Shown here: in pieces, positions 11,071 to 20,614 of the stretch
How positions within the stretch are numbered: position 1 is the first letter of the stretch
Layout of the letters: each line of letters opens with the position of its first letter
From: Atribacterota bacterium
Lineage (GTDB): Bacteria; Atribacterota; Phoenicimicrobiia; Phoenicimicrobiales; Stramentimicrobiaceae
DNA: 64,000 nucleotides
Direction of reading: 5' to 3'
NCBI GenBank assembly: GCA_040767965.1
Contig: JAXGNR010000008.1
Span: 70,614 to 134,613 of the forward strand
The notes under the pieces: model-generated
Databases searched by the model: none
Seen by the model: only the letters and a program-made list of their open reading frames with translations
Told to the model about the DNA's origin: nothing
Program-made: the position numbers and the translations under genes

Positions 11071-11592
11071 ATGAGCAATCAAAAAAAAGTGGCCATCCTG
11101 GCTGAAGAAATATATGAAGATCAGGAGCTATGGTACCCTTATTTAAGGTTAAAAGAAGCCGGTTATGATGTACAAATAGTCGCTCCTGAGAAAAAGATTT
11201 ACCATAGCAAACACCAATATCCAATTTTAGCTGATATAGCAGTTGCAGAAGCAAAAGCTGAAGATTTTATCGGTGTTATTGTGCCAGGAGGGTATGCCCC
11301 TGATCACTTGAGACGATATCCGAAGATATTAAATTTCGTGCGGGAAATATTTGAAAATAATGGTCTGGTTGCAGCAATCTGTCATGCTGGTTGGGTTTTG
11401 GCCTCAGCTGGAATACTAGAAGGTAAAAATGCAACCTGTTTTATTGCTATTAAAGATGATATGGTTAATGCCGGTGCTAACTTTATAGACCAGGAAGTAG
11501 TAATAGACAATAATTTAGTTACTTCACGTACTCCAAGGGACCTGCCAGCTTTCTTGCCGGCTATCCTGAAAGTGTTAGAAGGATTAAAATAA
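11071..11592 (+). CDS. PfpI/DJ-1 family protein
   Basis: YEDQEL, VPGGYAPD, AAICHAG, TSRTPRDL. Confidence 0.92.
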   Translation: MSNQKKVAILAEEIYEDQELWYPYLRLKEAGYDVQIVAPEKKIYHSKHQYPILADIAVAEAKAEDFIGVIVPGGYAPDHLRRYPKILNFVREIFENNGLVAAICHAGWVLASAGILEGKNATCFIAIKDDMVNAGANFIDQEVVIDNNLVTSRTPRDLPAFLPAILKVLEGLK

Positions 11593-11635
11593 GAAATACT
11601 TTAAAATTTGAAAAACTTGTACTGGAAATAAGCTA

Positions 11636-12307
11636 ATGCGAAAAATAGTATTGACAGTTTTTCCATATCTTCTTTTGATTTTGGTTACCTTGTTCTTGAG
11701 TATAATATGGTGGCCGGCAGATGGTGGTTTTGTGCAATTAACCAATTCCTGGATTGGCCTGTTTTTCGTAGCTGTATTTTGTATTATTTTTCTTTTACAG
11801 GATGAGATCTATCATTTGCTGGATTACCATTCTAAAAACAATTTTTTATTACCCAATGAACCATTACAAAAAAACAGAGAATTGCCTGCAATTATAAAAG
11901 ATGAGCAAAAATTCCAAGAAATGATTTCTGGAACTGTGTTGGCCTGGATAGAAAAAATAAATGCAGAAAAAGAGGAAAAAGCTTTACAAGAGGAAGATTT
12001 CTCTCAGGCTATTGAACAATTTAAAAGAACAAAAAAAGAAAACATCAAATGGCTTTTTCTTTTTGCTGATTGTTATTTAGTTCAACAAAGTAAGGATATT
12101 CTATATGAGATATATGAAAAACATTACCTGACTGAATCAATGTTCCAGGAGATTGCTGATGAAATAACAGCAGATAAAGAAGAGGTAAAAGTGACTTTAG
12201 AAGTATTGCAGCATCTAAAATTTATAAAAAAACAGGAAGAGGATATAATTATTACTGAAACAGGTTCGGCATATTGCTCTTATCTGGAATATGCCGAACA
12301 AAAATAA
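11636..12307 (+). CDS. Hypothetical protein with two N-terminal TM helices
   Basis: 223 aa ORF, hydrophobic N-terminus, possible winged-helix-like C-terminus. Confidence 0.65.
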   Translation: MRKIVLTVFPYLLLILVTLFLSIIWWPADGGFVQLTNSWIGLFFVAVFCIIFLLQDEIYHLLDYHSKNNFLLPNEPLQKNRELPAIIKDEQKFQEMISGTVLAWIEKINAEKEEKALQEEDFSQAIEQFKRTKKENIKWLFLFADCYLVQQSKDILYEIYEKHYLTESMFQEIADEITADKEEVKVTLEVLQHLKFIKKQEEDIIITETGSAYCSYLEYAEQK

Positions 12308-13030
12308 TTAGTTAATAAAATTACCCATTAAACGCAAAAAAACTGTTGATTTTTTTGGATCATTACTATTTATTCTAATTGATTTTCTAAAATCACCCGT
12401 GGTTAATAAATCTGAGCTTATTTTTAGTTGTGCCTCAAATTGTTTTGCAGGTGAAATAATTAAAGGCAGTTTCAGATTATAGTTGAAGAGTTCTTCCGCA
12501 ATAATTTCCTGAATAATTAAGTCTGCATCTCCTTTGTTTGAAATTGTAAAATTTATTATCGGAAGATTATTCTCATTAAAAGTGCCTAAATCAAAAGTTT
12601 GTTCAGATAATTGCAGGTCAGGGCTTGGTACTTTTAAAACATTTATACTTGTTTCAATTACTACTTGCGGTTTTTCCGGATCATTTGATGTCAGGGTAAT
12701 TAGCTTGCTTACTTCACCTTCATACCCTGTTGGGTCAAAAGTAGTTTTTAAGATAGTTTCTTTTCCAGGCAAAATTTCATTTTCTGCCAAATCAAGGATT
12801 GCACATGGGCAAGAGGAGTAAACTGATTCAATAATTAATTTTTCTTCACCTTCATTTTTAATAATAAAATCATGAGTTGGCCTTTCATCAGGAGTTACTT
12901 CTCCATAATAACAGCTTTCTTCTGAAAGCACTATTTGAGGAGGATTAGGTTTGCTGCATCCTGATAAGAAGAGAGTTATTAAAATAAAAATGGTTAAAAT
13001 TATTAAAAAGTAATTCTTTTTAGTTGTCAT
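12308..13030 (-). CDS. DUF1573-like (tandem Ig-like) lipoprotein
   Basis: Lipobox LSGC; two repeats of F.I.N.G...L.I ... SNDP; SSCPC motif. Confidence 0.8.
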   Translation of the reverse strand: MTTKKNYFLIILTIFILITLFLSGCSKPNPPQIVLSEESCYYGEVTPDERPTHDFIIKNEGEEKLIIESVYSSCPCAILDLAENEILPGKETILKTTFDPTGYEGEVSKLITLTSNDPEKPQVVIETSINVLKVPSPDLQLSEQTFDLGTFNENNLPIINFTISNKGDADLIIQEIIAEELFNYNLKLPLIISPAKQFEAQLKISSDLLTTGDFRKSIRINSNDPKKSTVFLRLMGNFIN

Positions 13031-13080
13031 CTAAGCAGTACCTCTATAATTTTCTTAAAAAATGTATTTTTAGTATTTAA

Positions 13081-13677
13081 TTAATATCCAGGAGGAGGTG
13101 GGCAAACTCCTTCATCACAACCACTGCCACCATTACTTGTCTGTGGAGTAAAAATAAAAGTTAAATATTGATAAAGGTTGTCTTCTTGTCTGCTGGTAAA
13201 TCGGTCATATATTCTTCTGATATGAAGATCTGCTCTTAAAATCAGAATAGCAGAGTTTTCTGTAAAGTTATAATTTTCAGCAGTTTTTCCTCCCTTATCC
13301 AAAAGTACTAAAAAGGGTATTTCTGTTTTTTCCTGCCAGGACAGGTACTGGGCTAGGGTTTCATCTGAAGTTCCTTCAGTTTCGATTAAAGTTATTATTT
13401 GATAACTTTCTCTGGGCTGATAATCAGTCAAAAAAGCAATTAACTTATCTATATTGTTAAAGGAATCTGCATCCTTTTCTTTAGCAAAACAAAGAAACAG
13501 ATGATCTTGTTTATTATTGAAATTGCTTAATTGATAGATTTCTCCATCCGGTGCTGACAAAGAAAAATCCGGTGCTAATATACCGGTCTTTATTTGAGCA
13601 ATTGCTGAATTACTAAAAATTAAAATAAAAATAATTATTGTCAATACAAAAAAAGAATATTCTCTATTTTTTATCAA
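13081..13677 (-). CDS. Secreted redoxin/AhpC-TSA-fold protein lacking CxxC
   Basis: Signal peptide, G.LAPDFSL...G..Y.LS, PFLVLLD; C-terminal CDEGVCPPPP. Confidence 0.7.
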   Translation of the reverse strand: MIKNREYSFFVLTIIIFILIFSNSAIAQIKTGILAPDFSLSAPDGEIYQLSNFNNKQDHLFLCFAKEKDADSFNNIDKLIAFLTDYQPRESYQIITLIETEGTSDETLAQYLSWQEKTEIPFLVLLDKGGKTAENYNFTENSAILILRADLHIRRIYDRFTSRQEDNLYQYLTFIFTPQTSNGGSGCDEGVCPPPPGY

Positions 13678-14006
13678 TTTATGCCTCCTGTCGATGAATT
13701 AAGATGAATTAATTAGTTTAAATTTCTGTAAAAAGGTCAGCATTTCTTTTTATAATTTTACTATATTTTAAATATATATTCAAAAAATCATTTCTGATAA
13801 GTTTGGTTTTTTGATGATAGTTGTTCAAAATCAATGCTTTCCACTAGAAGGTATTGATATGTATCAGAACAGCAGTTGAGATATTAGAGAAAGGAAATTT
13901 TAAACTACTTATCAATCTAATTATTTGTAATAAATTCTGATATATTCTATAATATTTTATACAAAAGAGGATATAGTGATTAAAAAATAAGGAGAAATAT
14001 AAAAAT

Positions 14007-14963
14007 ATGAAAAGCAATATATTGGGAAAAACAGGAATTAAAGTAAGTGAATTTTGTTTTGGGGTGTTACCCATGGGGCCCCTACAGGCTAATATTCCGG
14101 CAGAAGAAGGGGCAAAAGTGGTTTTACAAGGATTAAATTCCGGAATTACTTTTCTTGATACAGCCCAGGCATATAGAACATATCCCCATATCAAAGAAGC
14201 TTTATCTAAGTTTCCAGGGGCAAAAGATGTAGTTATTGCCAGCAAATCTCATGCAACTGATTATGAAGGAATGAAAGAAGCTATTTTAGAGGCATGCCGA
14301 GAGCTGGATCGAGACTATATTGATATTTTTCATTTGCATGCTGCCCGTGAAGATAAAAATGTTTTTGAAAAAAGAGCCGGTGCTTTAAGCTGTTTGGTTG
14401 ATATGAAAAAAGAAGGCAAAATTAAAGCAGTAGGTATCTCTTCTCATGCTATAGAAGTAATAGATAAAGCAGCAGAAATGAATGAAATTGATGTTGTTTT
14501 TCCAATTATTAACAAATTGGGATTAGGCATAATTGGCGGCACCCCTGAAGAGATGATTGAAGCAATTAAAAAAAATCATCAGGCAGGGAAAGGTATTTAT
14601 GCCATGAAAGCCCTTGCAGGAGGTTATCTTATCAGTCATCTGGAAGAAGCTATTAATTATGTAAGAGAAATAAAAGAAATTCAATCAATAGCTATTGGAA
14701 TGGTCTATCCTCGGGAATTAGAAATTAATCTTGATATTTTTGCCAATAAGAAAATAAACCAGGAAGAACTAAAAAAAGAAGGGATTAAGAGAAAGAAACT
14801 CTTTATTTCACGCTTCTGTGAAGGTTGCGGAACATGTGTGGAAGCTTGTCCGAATCAGGCTTTATCTGTTAAGAATGGTAAGGCGGTTGTAGATTATAAT
14901 TTATGCTTAACCTGCGGATACTGTGTACCTCATTGTCCGCTTTTTGCATTAAGAATAGTTTAA
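14007..14963 (+). CDS. Aldo/keto reductase with C-terminal 2x[4Fe-4S] domain
   Basis: LGKTGIKVS, FLDTAQAY, YIDIFHLH; two CxxCxxCxxxCP motifs. Confidence 0.9.
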   Translation: MKSNILGKTGIKVSEFCFGVLPMGPLQANIPAEEGAKVVLQGLNSGITFLDTAQAYRTYPHIKEALSKFPGAKDVVIASKSHATDYEGMKEAILEACRELDRDYIDIFHLHAAREDKNVFEKRAGALSCLVDMKKEGKIKAVGISSHAIEVIDKAAEMNEIDVVFPIINKLGLGIIGGTPEEMIEAIKKNHQAGKGIYAMKALAGGYLISHLEEAINYVREIKEIQSIAIGMVYPRELEINLDIFANKKINQEELKKEGIKRKKLFISRFCEGCGTCVEACPNQALSVKNGKAVVDYNLCLTCGYCVPHCPLFALRIV

Positions 14964-14991
14964 GTTTAAATCAGCATTATAATAAATATGG

Positions 14992-15903
14992 TCAGTTAGT
15001 CAGAAGATCAACTGTTTTTGGCAATACCTTTATATGAAACTTGTTTTGAGCCGGCAGTTTTTCTCCAGCTACCTGAGAAATAACAGGTCTGTCAGTTTCT
15101 ACAAGGATTTCTTTTCCCTTGAAGAAACTGACTTCCTTTAAATGCTGATGTGTCCCCTTGATAACTGTCGGTAAAAGATGTAAACAACGAAGTCTTCCCA
15201 TTTTACGTACTATGCAGATATCAAACAGACCATCATCTATTTTTGCATCAGGAGCTATATTGAATTTGCCACCTTCTACTTTACCATTAGCAATTGCCAG
15301 AAAAAGTATTTCTCCTTCTATCACCTGCTGGTCAATAGTTATCTTTGCCTGAAAAGAAGGAAGAGGAGAAAGGAGTTTTCTGATGGTTGCAAAAACATAA
15401 ACATAAGCACTCAATGTTTTCCAATGAGGATGATTTGTTTTTATCTGATTGGCCAGAGCGGCAATTTCAGCATCAAAACCAATTCCAAATACATTTAAAA
15501 AATAGATTTCCTCGTTTATCAGTCCAGTATCTATTTTCTGAATTTTTCCATTTTTTATAATCTGGCATGCTTTTTCGACATCATTGGGAATAGTGGTACT
15601 TTTTATAAAATCATTAGCCCATCCTGCAGGAATTATTCCCAATTTAGATGGAACAAGATCTTTTTTTACCGGAAGAAGACCATTAACAATCTCATTAATG
15701 GTACCATCTCCACCTACTGAAACAACAATATCAGTTCCTCTTTCAGCAGCCTCTTTTGCTAAATCCACCGCGCCTCCAGGGGAAGAAGTCCAGCTGATAT
15801 GATATGGCAGATGAAATGTCTGTAAAATATTTTCAACTTCAGGAACCACCTTTTCCGGCTTTCCGCCACCGGCAGCCTGGTTAATAATTAATTCAATTTT
15901 CAA
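14992..15903 (-). CDS. Diacylglycerol kinase family lipid kinase (YegS/BmrU)
   Basis: INQAAG, GGDGTINE, IPAGWANDF, GIGFDAE. Confidence 0.9.
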   Translation of the reverse strand: MKIELIINQAAGGGKPEKVVPEVENILQTFHLPYHISWTSSPGGAVDLAKEAAERGTDIVVSVGGDGTINEIVNGLLPVKKDLVPSKLGIIPAGWANDFIKSTTIPNDVEKACQIIKNGKIQKIDTGLINEEIYFLNVFGIGFDAEIAALANQIKTNHPHWKTLSAYVYVFATIRKLLSPLPSFQAKITIDQQVIEGEILFLAIANGKVEGGKFNIAPDAKIDDGLFDICIVRKMGRLRCLHLLPTVIKGTHQHLKEVSFFKGKEILVETDRPVISQVAGEKLPAQNKFHIKVLPKTVDLLTN

Positions 15904-16213
15904 ATACTTACACCTTTTTATAAAAATATTTTTATATATTCATTTAATGAAATAAAAAAATTATAACAATATTTTAAGAATAAGCAAATACTTTAATTAT
16001 CAAATAAAGTATACCATTAAGATTGACAGCCTGAGTATATTAATCGTCCAGCAATAAAATAACTTTAAATTAAATAATTATCAGAATAATAAAACTCATT
16101 AAGATGGTAAAGAGTTCTATTTTTTGAACACTATATTGTTTATAGGATGATTAGTTTCAAATTTAAACAAAAAATGATAAGATGTAAAAATAAAATCATG
16201 TACAGGGAGAAAG

Positions 16214-17563
16214 ATGAACCTATTTAATTATAAAGAAAAAAAATTGAAAAATTCTGCGCCGTTAGCTGATCGTGTGCGGCCAAAAAGTCTGGATGATTTT
16301 ATTGGCCAGGAGCATATTATAGGTGAAGGTAAGCCTTTACGTCTGGCTATTGAAAAAGATCAATTGCAGTCAATTATATTATGGGGGCCTCCCGGTTCGG
16401 GCAAAACATCTTTAGCTATGATAATAGCACAAATGACAAAAAGTAATTTTGTCCAATTTAGTGCGGTAACTTCCGGGATTCCTGATCTTAAAAAAATGAT
16501 TACTGATATACATCAACGTTGGGCTTTCAATCAACAAAAAACTATTCTTTTTGTAGATGAAATCCACCGATTTAATAAAGCTCAGCAAAATGCATTTCTT
16601 CCCTATGTGGAAGATGGCACTATTATCTTAATAGGAGCAACTACTGAAAATCCCTCTTTTGAAGTAATATCTCCTCTCTTGTCCCGTTCTCATGTCTATG
16701 TTTTAGATGCTTTATCTGATGATAATTTAAATCAAATAATAAGACATGCCTTGCAAGACAATGATAATGGTTTAGGCAATCTTTCTCTTAAAGTTGATGA
16801 TGAAGCAATTAAATTTCTGATTCAGCTTGCCTATGGTGATGCCCGGGTGGCTTTAAACATTTTAGAATTTGCAGCTATCGCTCAATCTCCAGATCCAAAT
16901 GGTATTATTGAAATTGATAAAAAACTGATTAGAGAAATTGTCCAAAAAACCAGCCTGCGTTATGACAAAGACGGAGAAGAGCATTATAATATTATTTCTG
17001 CTTTACACAAAAGTATGAGAGATTCAGATCCTGATGCAGCTTTATACTGGACTACCAGAATGATTGAAGCCGGGGAAAATCCACTTTATATTGCTCGGAG
17101 ATTAGTCAGGTTTGCCTCTGAAGATGTAGGAAATGCTGATCCTTCTGCCTTGAACATTGCGATATCTGCCATGCAGGCAGTTCATTTTTTAGGTATGCCG
17201 GAAGGAGATTTGGCTCTTATTCAGACAGCAGTTTATTTGGCTAATGCTCCAAAAAGCAATGCCTTATATAAAGGAAGAAAATTAGCTGCCCAGGATATTA
17301 AAAGATATGGCCATCTGCCAGTACCCCTGGTAATTCGTAATGCACCTACCAAAATGATGAAAGATATGAATTATGGTAAAAATTATCAGTATGCTCATGA
17401 TTTCCAGGATGCCCTGGTTCAACAGCAGCACCTTCCTGATCAATTAAAAAATAGGAAATATTATTTTCCTTCAGATAGAGGCTTTGAAAAACAGGTTAAA
17501 AGGGAGATGCTGCTTCGGGAAAATAAAAGATCAGGATTAAAAGAGTCAAAAAATAATCTTTAA
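16214..17563 (+). CDS. rarA: Replication-associated recombination protein A (RarA/MgsA)
   Basis: PLADRVRP, GPPGSGKT, DEIHRFNKAQQ, ISALHKSMR. Confidence 0.95.
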   Translation: MNLFNYKEKKLKNSAPLADRVRPKSLDDFIGQEHIIGEGKPLRLAIEKDQLQSIILWGPPGSGKTSLAMIIAQMTKSNFVQFSAVTSGIPDLKKMITDIHQRWAFNQQKTILFVDEIHRFNKAQQNAFLPYVEDGTIILIGATTENPSFEVISPLLSRSHVYVLDALSDDNLNQIIRHALQDNDNGLGNLSLKVDDEAIKFLIQLAYGDARVALNILEFAAIAQSPDPNGIIEIDKKLIREIVQKTSLRYDKDGEEHYNIISALHKSMRDSDPDAALYWTTRMIEAGENPLYIARRLVRFASEDVGNADPSALNIAISAMQAVHFLGMPEGDLALIQTAVYLANAPKSNALYKGRKLAAQDIKRYGHLPVPLVIRNAPTKMMKDMNYGKNYQYAHDFQDALVQQQHLPDQLKNRKYYFPSDRGFEKQVKREMLLRENKRSGLKESKNNL

Positions 17564-17609
17564 CTGATAGAATTACAAAATATCAAAAAAAGTAAGAGAG
17601 AATTGAAAA

Positions 17610-18752
17610 ATGAAAGATAACCGTTTAACAGTGGGAGTGTTGTTTGGGGGAAAATCAGGAGAACATGAAGTATCTTTTTGTTCTGCTTCTGCTGTTATTA
17701 AAGCTATTGATAAGAAAAAATATATAGTAATCCCAATTGGAATAACCAAAAATGGAACCTGGTTGACAACTGCAGACAGTATGTTGGCCTTACAGACAGG
17801 AGAAGTGCATGCTCATAGCAGGAAAGCTTTAGCATGGACTGGTGAACAGGGCCAGTATCAATTGATTGAGTTAAATGAGAAAGAAAGTATTTCAACAGGA
17901 CTGATGAGTAAAATAGATGTTGTCTTTCCTGTTTTGCACGGCCCTTATGGCGAAGATGGCACAGTTCAGGGTTTTTTAGAGTTGCTGGATATTCCATATG
18001 TAGGATCTGGAGTAGCAGCTTCAGCTCTTGCCATGGATAAGGATTTAATGAAAAAAATATTTCAACAAGCTGATTTGCCTCAGACCAGATGGATCACTTT
18101 GAAAAGAAAACATTGGGGAAAAGAGAAAGAAAAATTATTGGCAGGTATAGAGAAAAATCTACAATTCCCGGTTTTTGTCAAGCCAACCAATCTCGGTTCC
18201 AGCGTAGGGATAAGCAAAATAACAGAAGTAAAAGAACTTATCCCGGCCATTGACCTGGCATCATCATATGATAGAAAGATAATTATTGAAGAAGCAATTG
18301 GAAATGCACTGGAGATTGAATGTGCTGTTTTAGGGAATGATAATCCTGATATTTCCATTGCCGGAGAAATAAAACCCAATAGCGAATACTATGACTATTA
18401 TTCAAAATATCTGGACAAAAAAACCAGATTAGTTATTCCAGCAGAAATACCCAAAGAGGTAATGGAAGAGGTAAGAATGATTGCTAAAAAAGCATATCTG
18501 GCTATTGATGGAGCAGGTATGGCACGAGTTGATTTTTTTGTGCAAAAAAACAATAGCTCATATAAAGTTTTTTTAAACGAGATAAATACCATTCCTGGCT
18601 TTACCACTACAAGCATGTATCCTAAATTATGGGAGAAAAGTGGGATCGGATTTACAGAATTGATTGATAGATTGATAATTCTTGCTATCGAAAGATTTCG
18701 GGAAAAAAAATTAAATAAGACTGATTACCCATCTTTAATTTTAAAAAAATAG
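17610..18752 (+). CDS. ddl: D-alanine--D-alanine ligase
   Basis: GGKSGEHEVS, HGPYGEDG, GSSVGI, YDYYSKY, NEINTIPGFT. Confidence 0.95.
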   Translation: MKDNRLTVGVLFGGKSGEHEVSFCSASAVIKAIDKKKYIVIPIGITKNGTWLTTADSMLALQTGEVHAHSRKALAWTGEQGQYQLIELNEKESISTGLMSKIDVVFPVLHGPYGEDGTVQGFLELLDIPYVGSGVAASALAMDKDLMKKIFQQADLPQTRWITLKRKHWGKEKEKLLAGIEKNLQFPVFVKPTNLGSSVGISKITEVKELIPAIDLASSYDRKIIIEEAIGNALEIECAVLGNDNPDISIAGEIKPNSEYYDYYSKYLDKKTRLVIPAEIPKEVMEEVRMIAKKAYLAIDGAGMARVDFFVQKNNSSYKVFLNEINTIPGFTTTSMYPKLWEKSGIGFTELIDRLIILAIERFREKKLNKTDYPSLILKK

Positions 18753-18847
18753 GAATAATCTTGTCTAAAAATTATAAAATAGGGAATAATAATTATAGAA
18801 AGAAAAAAAGTTTTTGGTAGAAAGAATAATTCTACAAATTATTCCCA

Positions 18848-18937
18848 GAGGTTGAAAAAGGCAAACTATTCGAAAGAATAGGGCGCAAAGTACTGGGTCT
18901 AAAGCATAAATGCTAAGATTGCCAGACTACCGACTTC
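18848..18937 (+). ncRNA. c-di-GMP-I (GEMM) riboswitch, aptamer 1 of a tandem pair
   Basis: GGCAAAC-TATTC-GAAA-GAATAG-GGCGCAAAG...GGGTCTAA...GCCAGACTACC consensus, followed by a U-tract. Confidence 0.92.
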
Positions 18938-18972
18938 TTTTTCTTTTGACAAAAAAATATAAAAGACAATTG

Positions 18973-19060
18973 AGTTGAAAAAGGCAAACTATTCGAAAGA
19001 ATAGGGCGCAAAGTTATGGGCCTACAGTCTTTCAAGACTATGGCTGCCAAACTACCAACT
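18973..19060 (+). ncRNA. c-di-GMP-I (GEMM) riboswitch, aptamer 2 of a tandem pair
   Basis: Same P2 (41 nt identical to copy 1), GGGCCTAC...GCCAAACTACC, followed by a U-tract. Confidence 0.92.
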
Positions 19061-19118
19061 TTTTTCATTTTAGGCCAAACTTTGACTGCTTTTTTCGACT
19101 GAGAAGGAGATAAAAAAT

Positions 19119-19742
19119 ATGAAAGTTTGGAATAAAATGAAAGATATCGGCAAGCTTTTAATTATAATAAGCACAGTTTTTATATTAACATCCTGTAGCG
19201 GGATTGTTCCGGAAACCATTCAAGAAGAACAAGATATTAACAGCCCTATCACAGGCATTGAAGAAAAAGCAAAAATTAGTTCAGTTTATTTAGATGTTCC
19301 TTATCAAAAATATGCAGGCACTAATTGGTGTTTACCAGCCTCAGGTTCCATGACCTTAAATTATTTTGGAATACCGGTAAGTCAGCAGGAATTAGCACAA
19401 AGCATAATTAAGCCTGACGGATTGGGCGATATTTACAAAATGGTCAGATTTGCACAGGATTTAGGCTTTGAAGCTTCATTTAAAGTTTTAACAATAGAAG
19501 AAATTGAAGAATATCTTACAAAAAATATTCCTATAATTGCAATTCAAGAATACAAAGAAACCAACCCTCTGGCTCATGCCCGGGTGATTATAGGTTTTGA
19601 TTCTGACAAAAAAGAAATAATCAGCAATGATCCTACCATCGGTAAAAGCTATACTATAGCTTATGATAATTTTTTAAATCTGAATTTGACTGCTAACCCA
19701 AAATATACTATGGCTATAATAATAACCCCGATGTCTGTTTAA
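19119..19742 (+). CDS. C39-like (papain-fold) peptidase lipoprotein
   Basis: Lipobox LTSC; LDVPYQ..NWCLPAS (catalytic Cys), HARVIIGFD (His), NDP. Confidence 0.85.
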   Translation: MKVWNKMKDIGKLLIIISTVFILTSCSGIVPETIQEEQDINSPITGIEEKAKISSVYLDVPYQKYAGTNWCLPASGSMTLNYFGIPVSQQELAQSIIKPDGLGDIYKMVRFAQDLGFEASFKVLTIEEIEEYLTKNIPIIAIQEYKETNPLAHARVIIGFDSDKKEIISNDPTIGKSYTIAYDNFLNLNLTANPKYTMAIIITPMSV

Positions 19743-19753
19743 TAGAGGTTTAT

Positions 19754-19966
19754 ATGAATAATGTTAATTCCAAAAACCAATATGATTATTGTGAAATATA
19801 TCCCCATCAGGGAGAATATAAAGTTGAATATGGCTATCAGACTTATAATGGAAAAATGTTATATCCTCCAATCAAAATAGGCAGTAGAAATTTTTCAACC
19901 GAGAAAAAAGCCTTACGTTACGCCAGAAAAATTGTCTCAAAAGAAGATATAAATATTTTTTGTTAA
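19754..19966 (+). CDS. Small hypothetical protein
   Basis: 70 aa, GAGG RBS, directly after the peptidase gene and before a terminator. Confidence 0.65.
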   Translation: MNNVNSKNQYDYCEIYPHQGEYKVEYGYQTYNGKMLYPPIKIGSRNFSTEKKALRYARKIVSKEDINIFC

Positions 19967-20011
19967 TTTTTTAACAAATTTTTAATTACCTGACAAGATT
20001 TATAAATCGTA

Positions 20012-20059
20012 AAGAAAAAGAGGTTTTTGGGAATTTTACCCAAACAACCTCTTTTTCTT
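20012..20059 (+). terminator. Intrinsic terminator
   Basis: aagaaaaagaggtt...aacctctttttctt inverted repeat. Confidence 0.75.
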
Positions 20060-20142
20060 GTTATAACATCAGTTAGCTTTGACAGTACAAAATCATGGTG
20101 TTATGATTGATTACAAAAGTATTATTAGTAAGAAGGTGATTT

Positions 20143-20559
20143 ATGTCTAAATTAGTCCGATTCAGCGTTTCTTTGGATGAAATGCTGTTAATGAGGTTTG
20201 ATAATCATATTAAAGGAAAAAATTATAAAAACCGTTCTGAAGCCCTGAGGGATTTGATCAGAGAGGATCTGGTGGAAAAAGAATGGGAAAATAATGACAG
20301 AGTTACCGGCACTATTACACTGGTTTATGATCATCACAAGGGAGGATTAGTCAATAAGTTAACAAATTTACAGCATAACTATCATAATATGATTGTATCA
20401 ACTCAGCATATTCATCTTGATCATGATAATTGTCTGGAAGTAATTATCGTACAAGGGGAAGCCCAGGCTATAAAAAAGCTTACCAGTGAGCTCAAAACAG
20501 TGAAAGGCGTCAAATTTGGTGATCTTTCTATGGCTACTTTTGGGAAAGAATTGGTTTAA
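20143..20559 (+). CDS. nikR: Nickel-responsive regulator NikR
   Basis: RFSVSL ribbon, NRSEALRDLIR, YDHH, QHIHLDHDNCLE. Confidence 0.95.
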   Translation: MSKLVRFSVSLDEMLLMRFDNHIKGKNYKNRSEALRDLIREDLVEKEWENNDRVTGTITLVYDHHKGGLVNKLTNLQHNYHNMIVSTQHIHLDHDNCLEVIIVQGEAQAIKKLTSELKTVKGVKFGDLSMATFGKELV

Positions 20560-20614
20560 CTTATAATATAATACTTTTAGAACTAAAATTTATAAAACTA
20601 AAAAAGAGGATATT

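Noticed and set aside
12308-13030. Selenocysteine in the DUF1573 lipoprotein or the adjacent redoxin
   Set aside because: Both frames are open with Cys codons and have no in-frame UGA
18848-19060. Possible 3',3'-cGAMP (GEMM-Ib) specificity, or a CRISPR-like repeat pair
   Set aside because: All three aptamers keep G at the position equivalent to G20 (AGGCAAA), which indicates c-di-GMP; there are only two repeats, they fold as aptamers, and no cas genes are present
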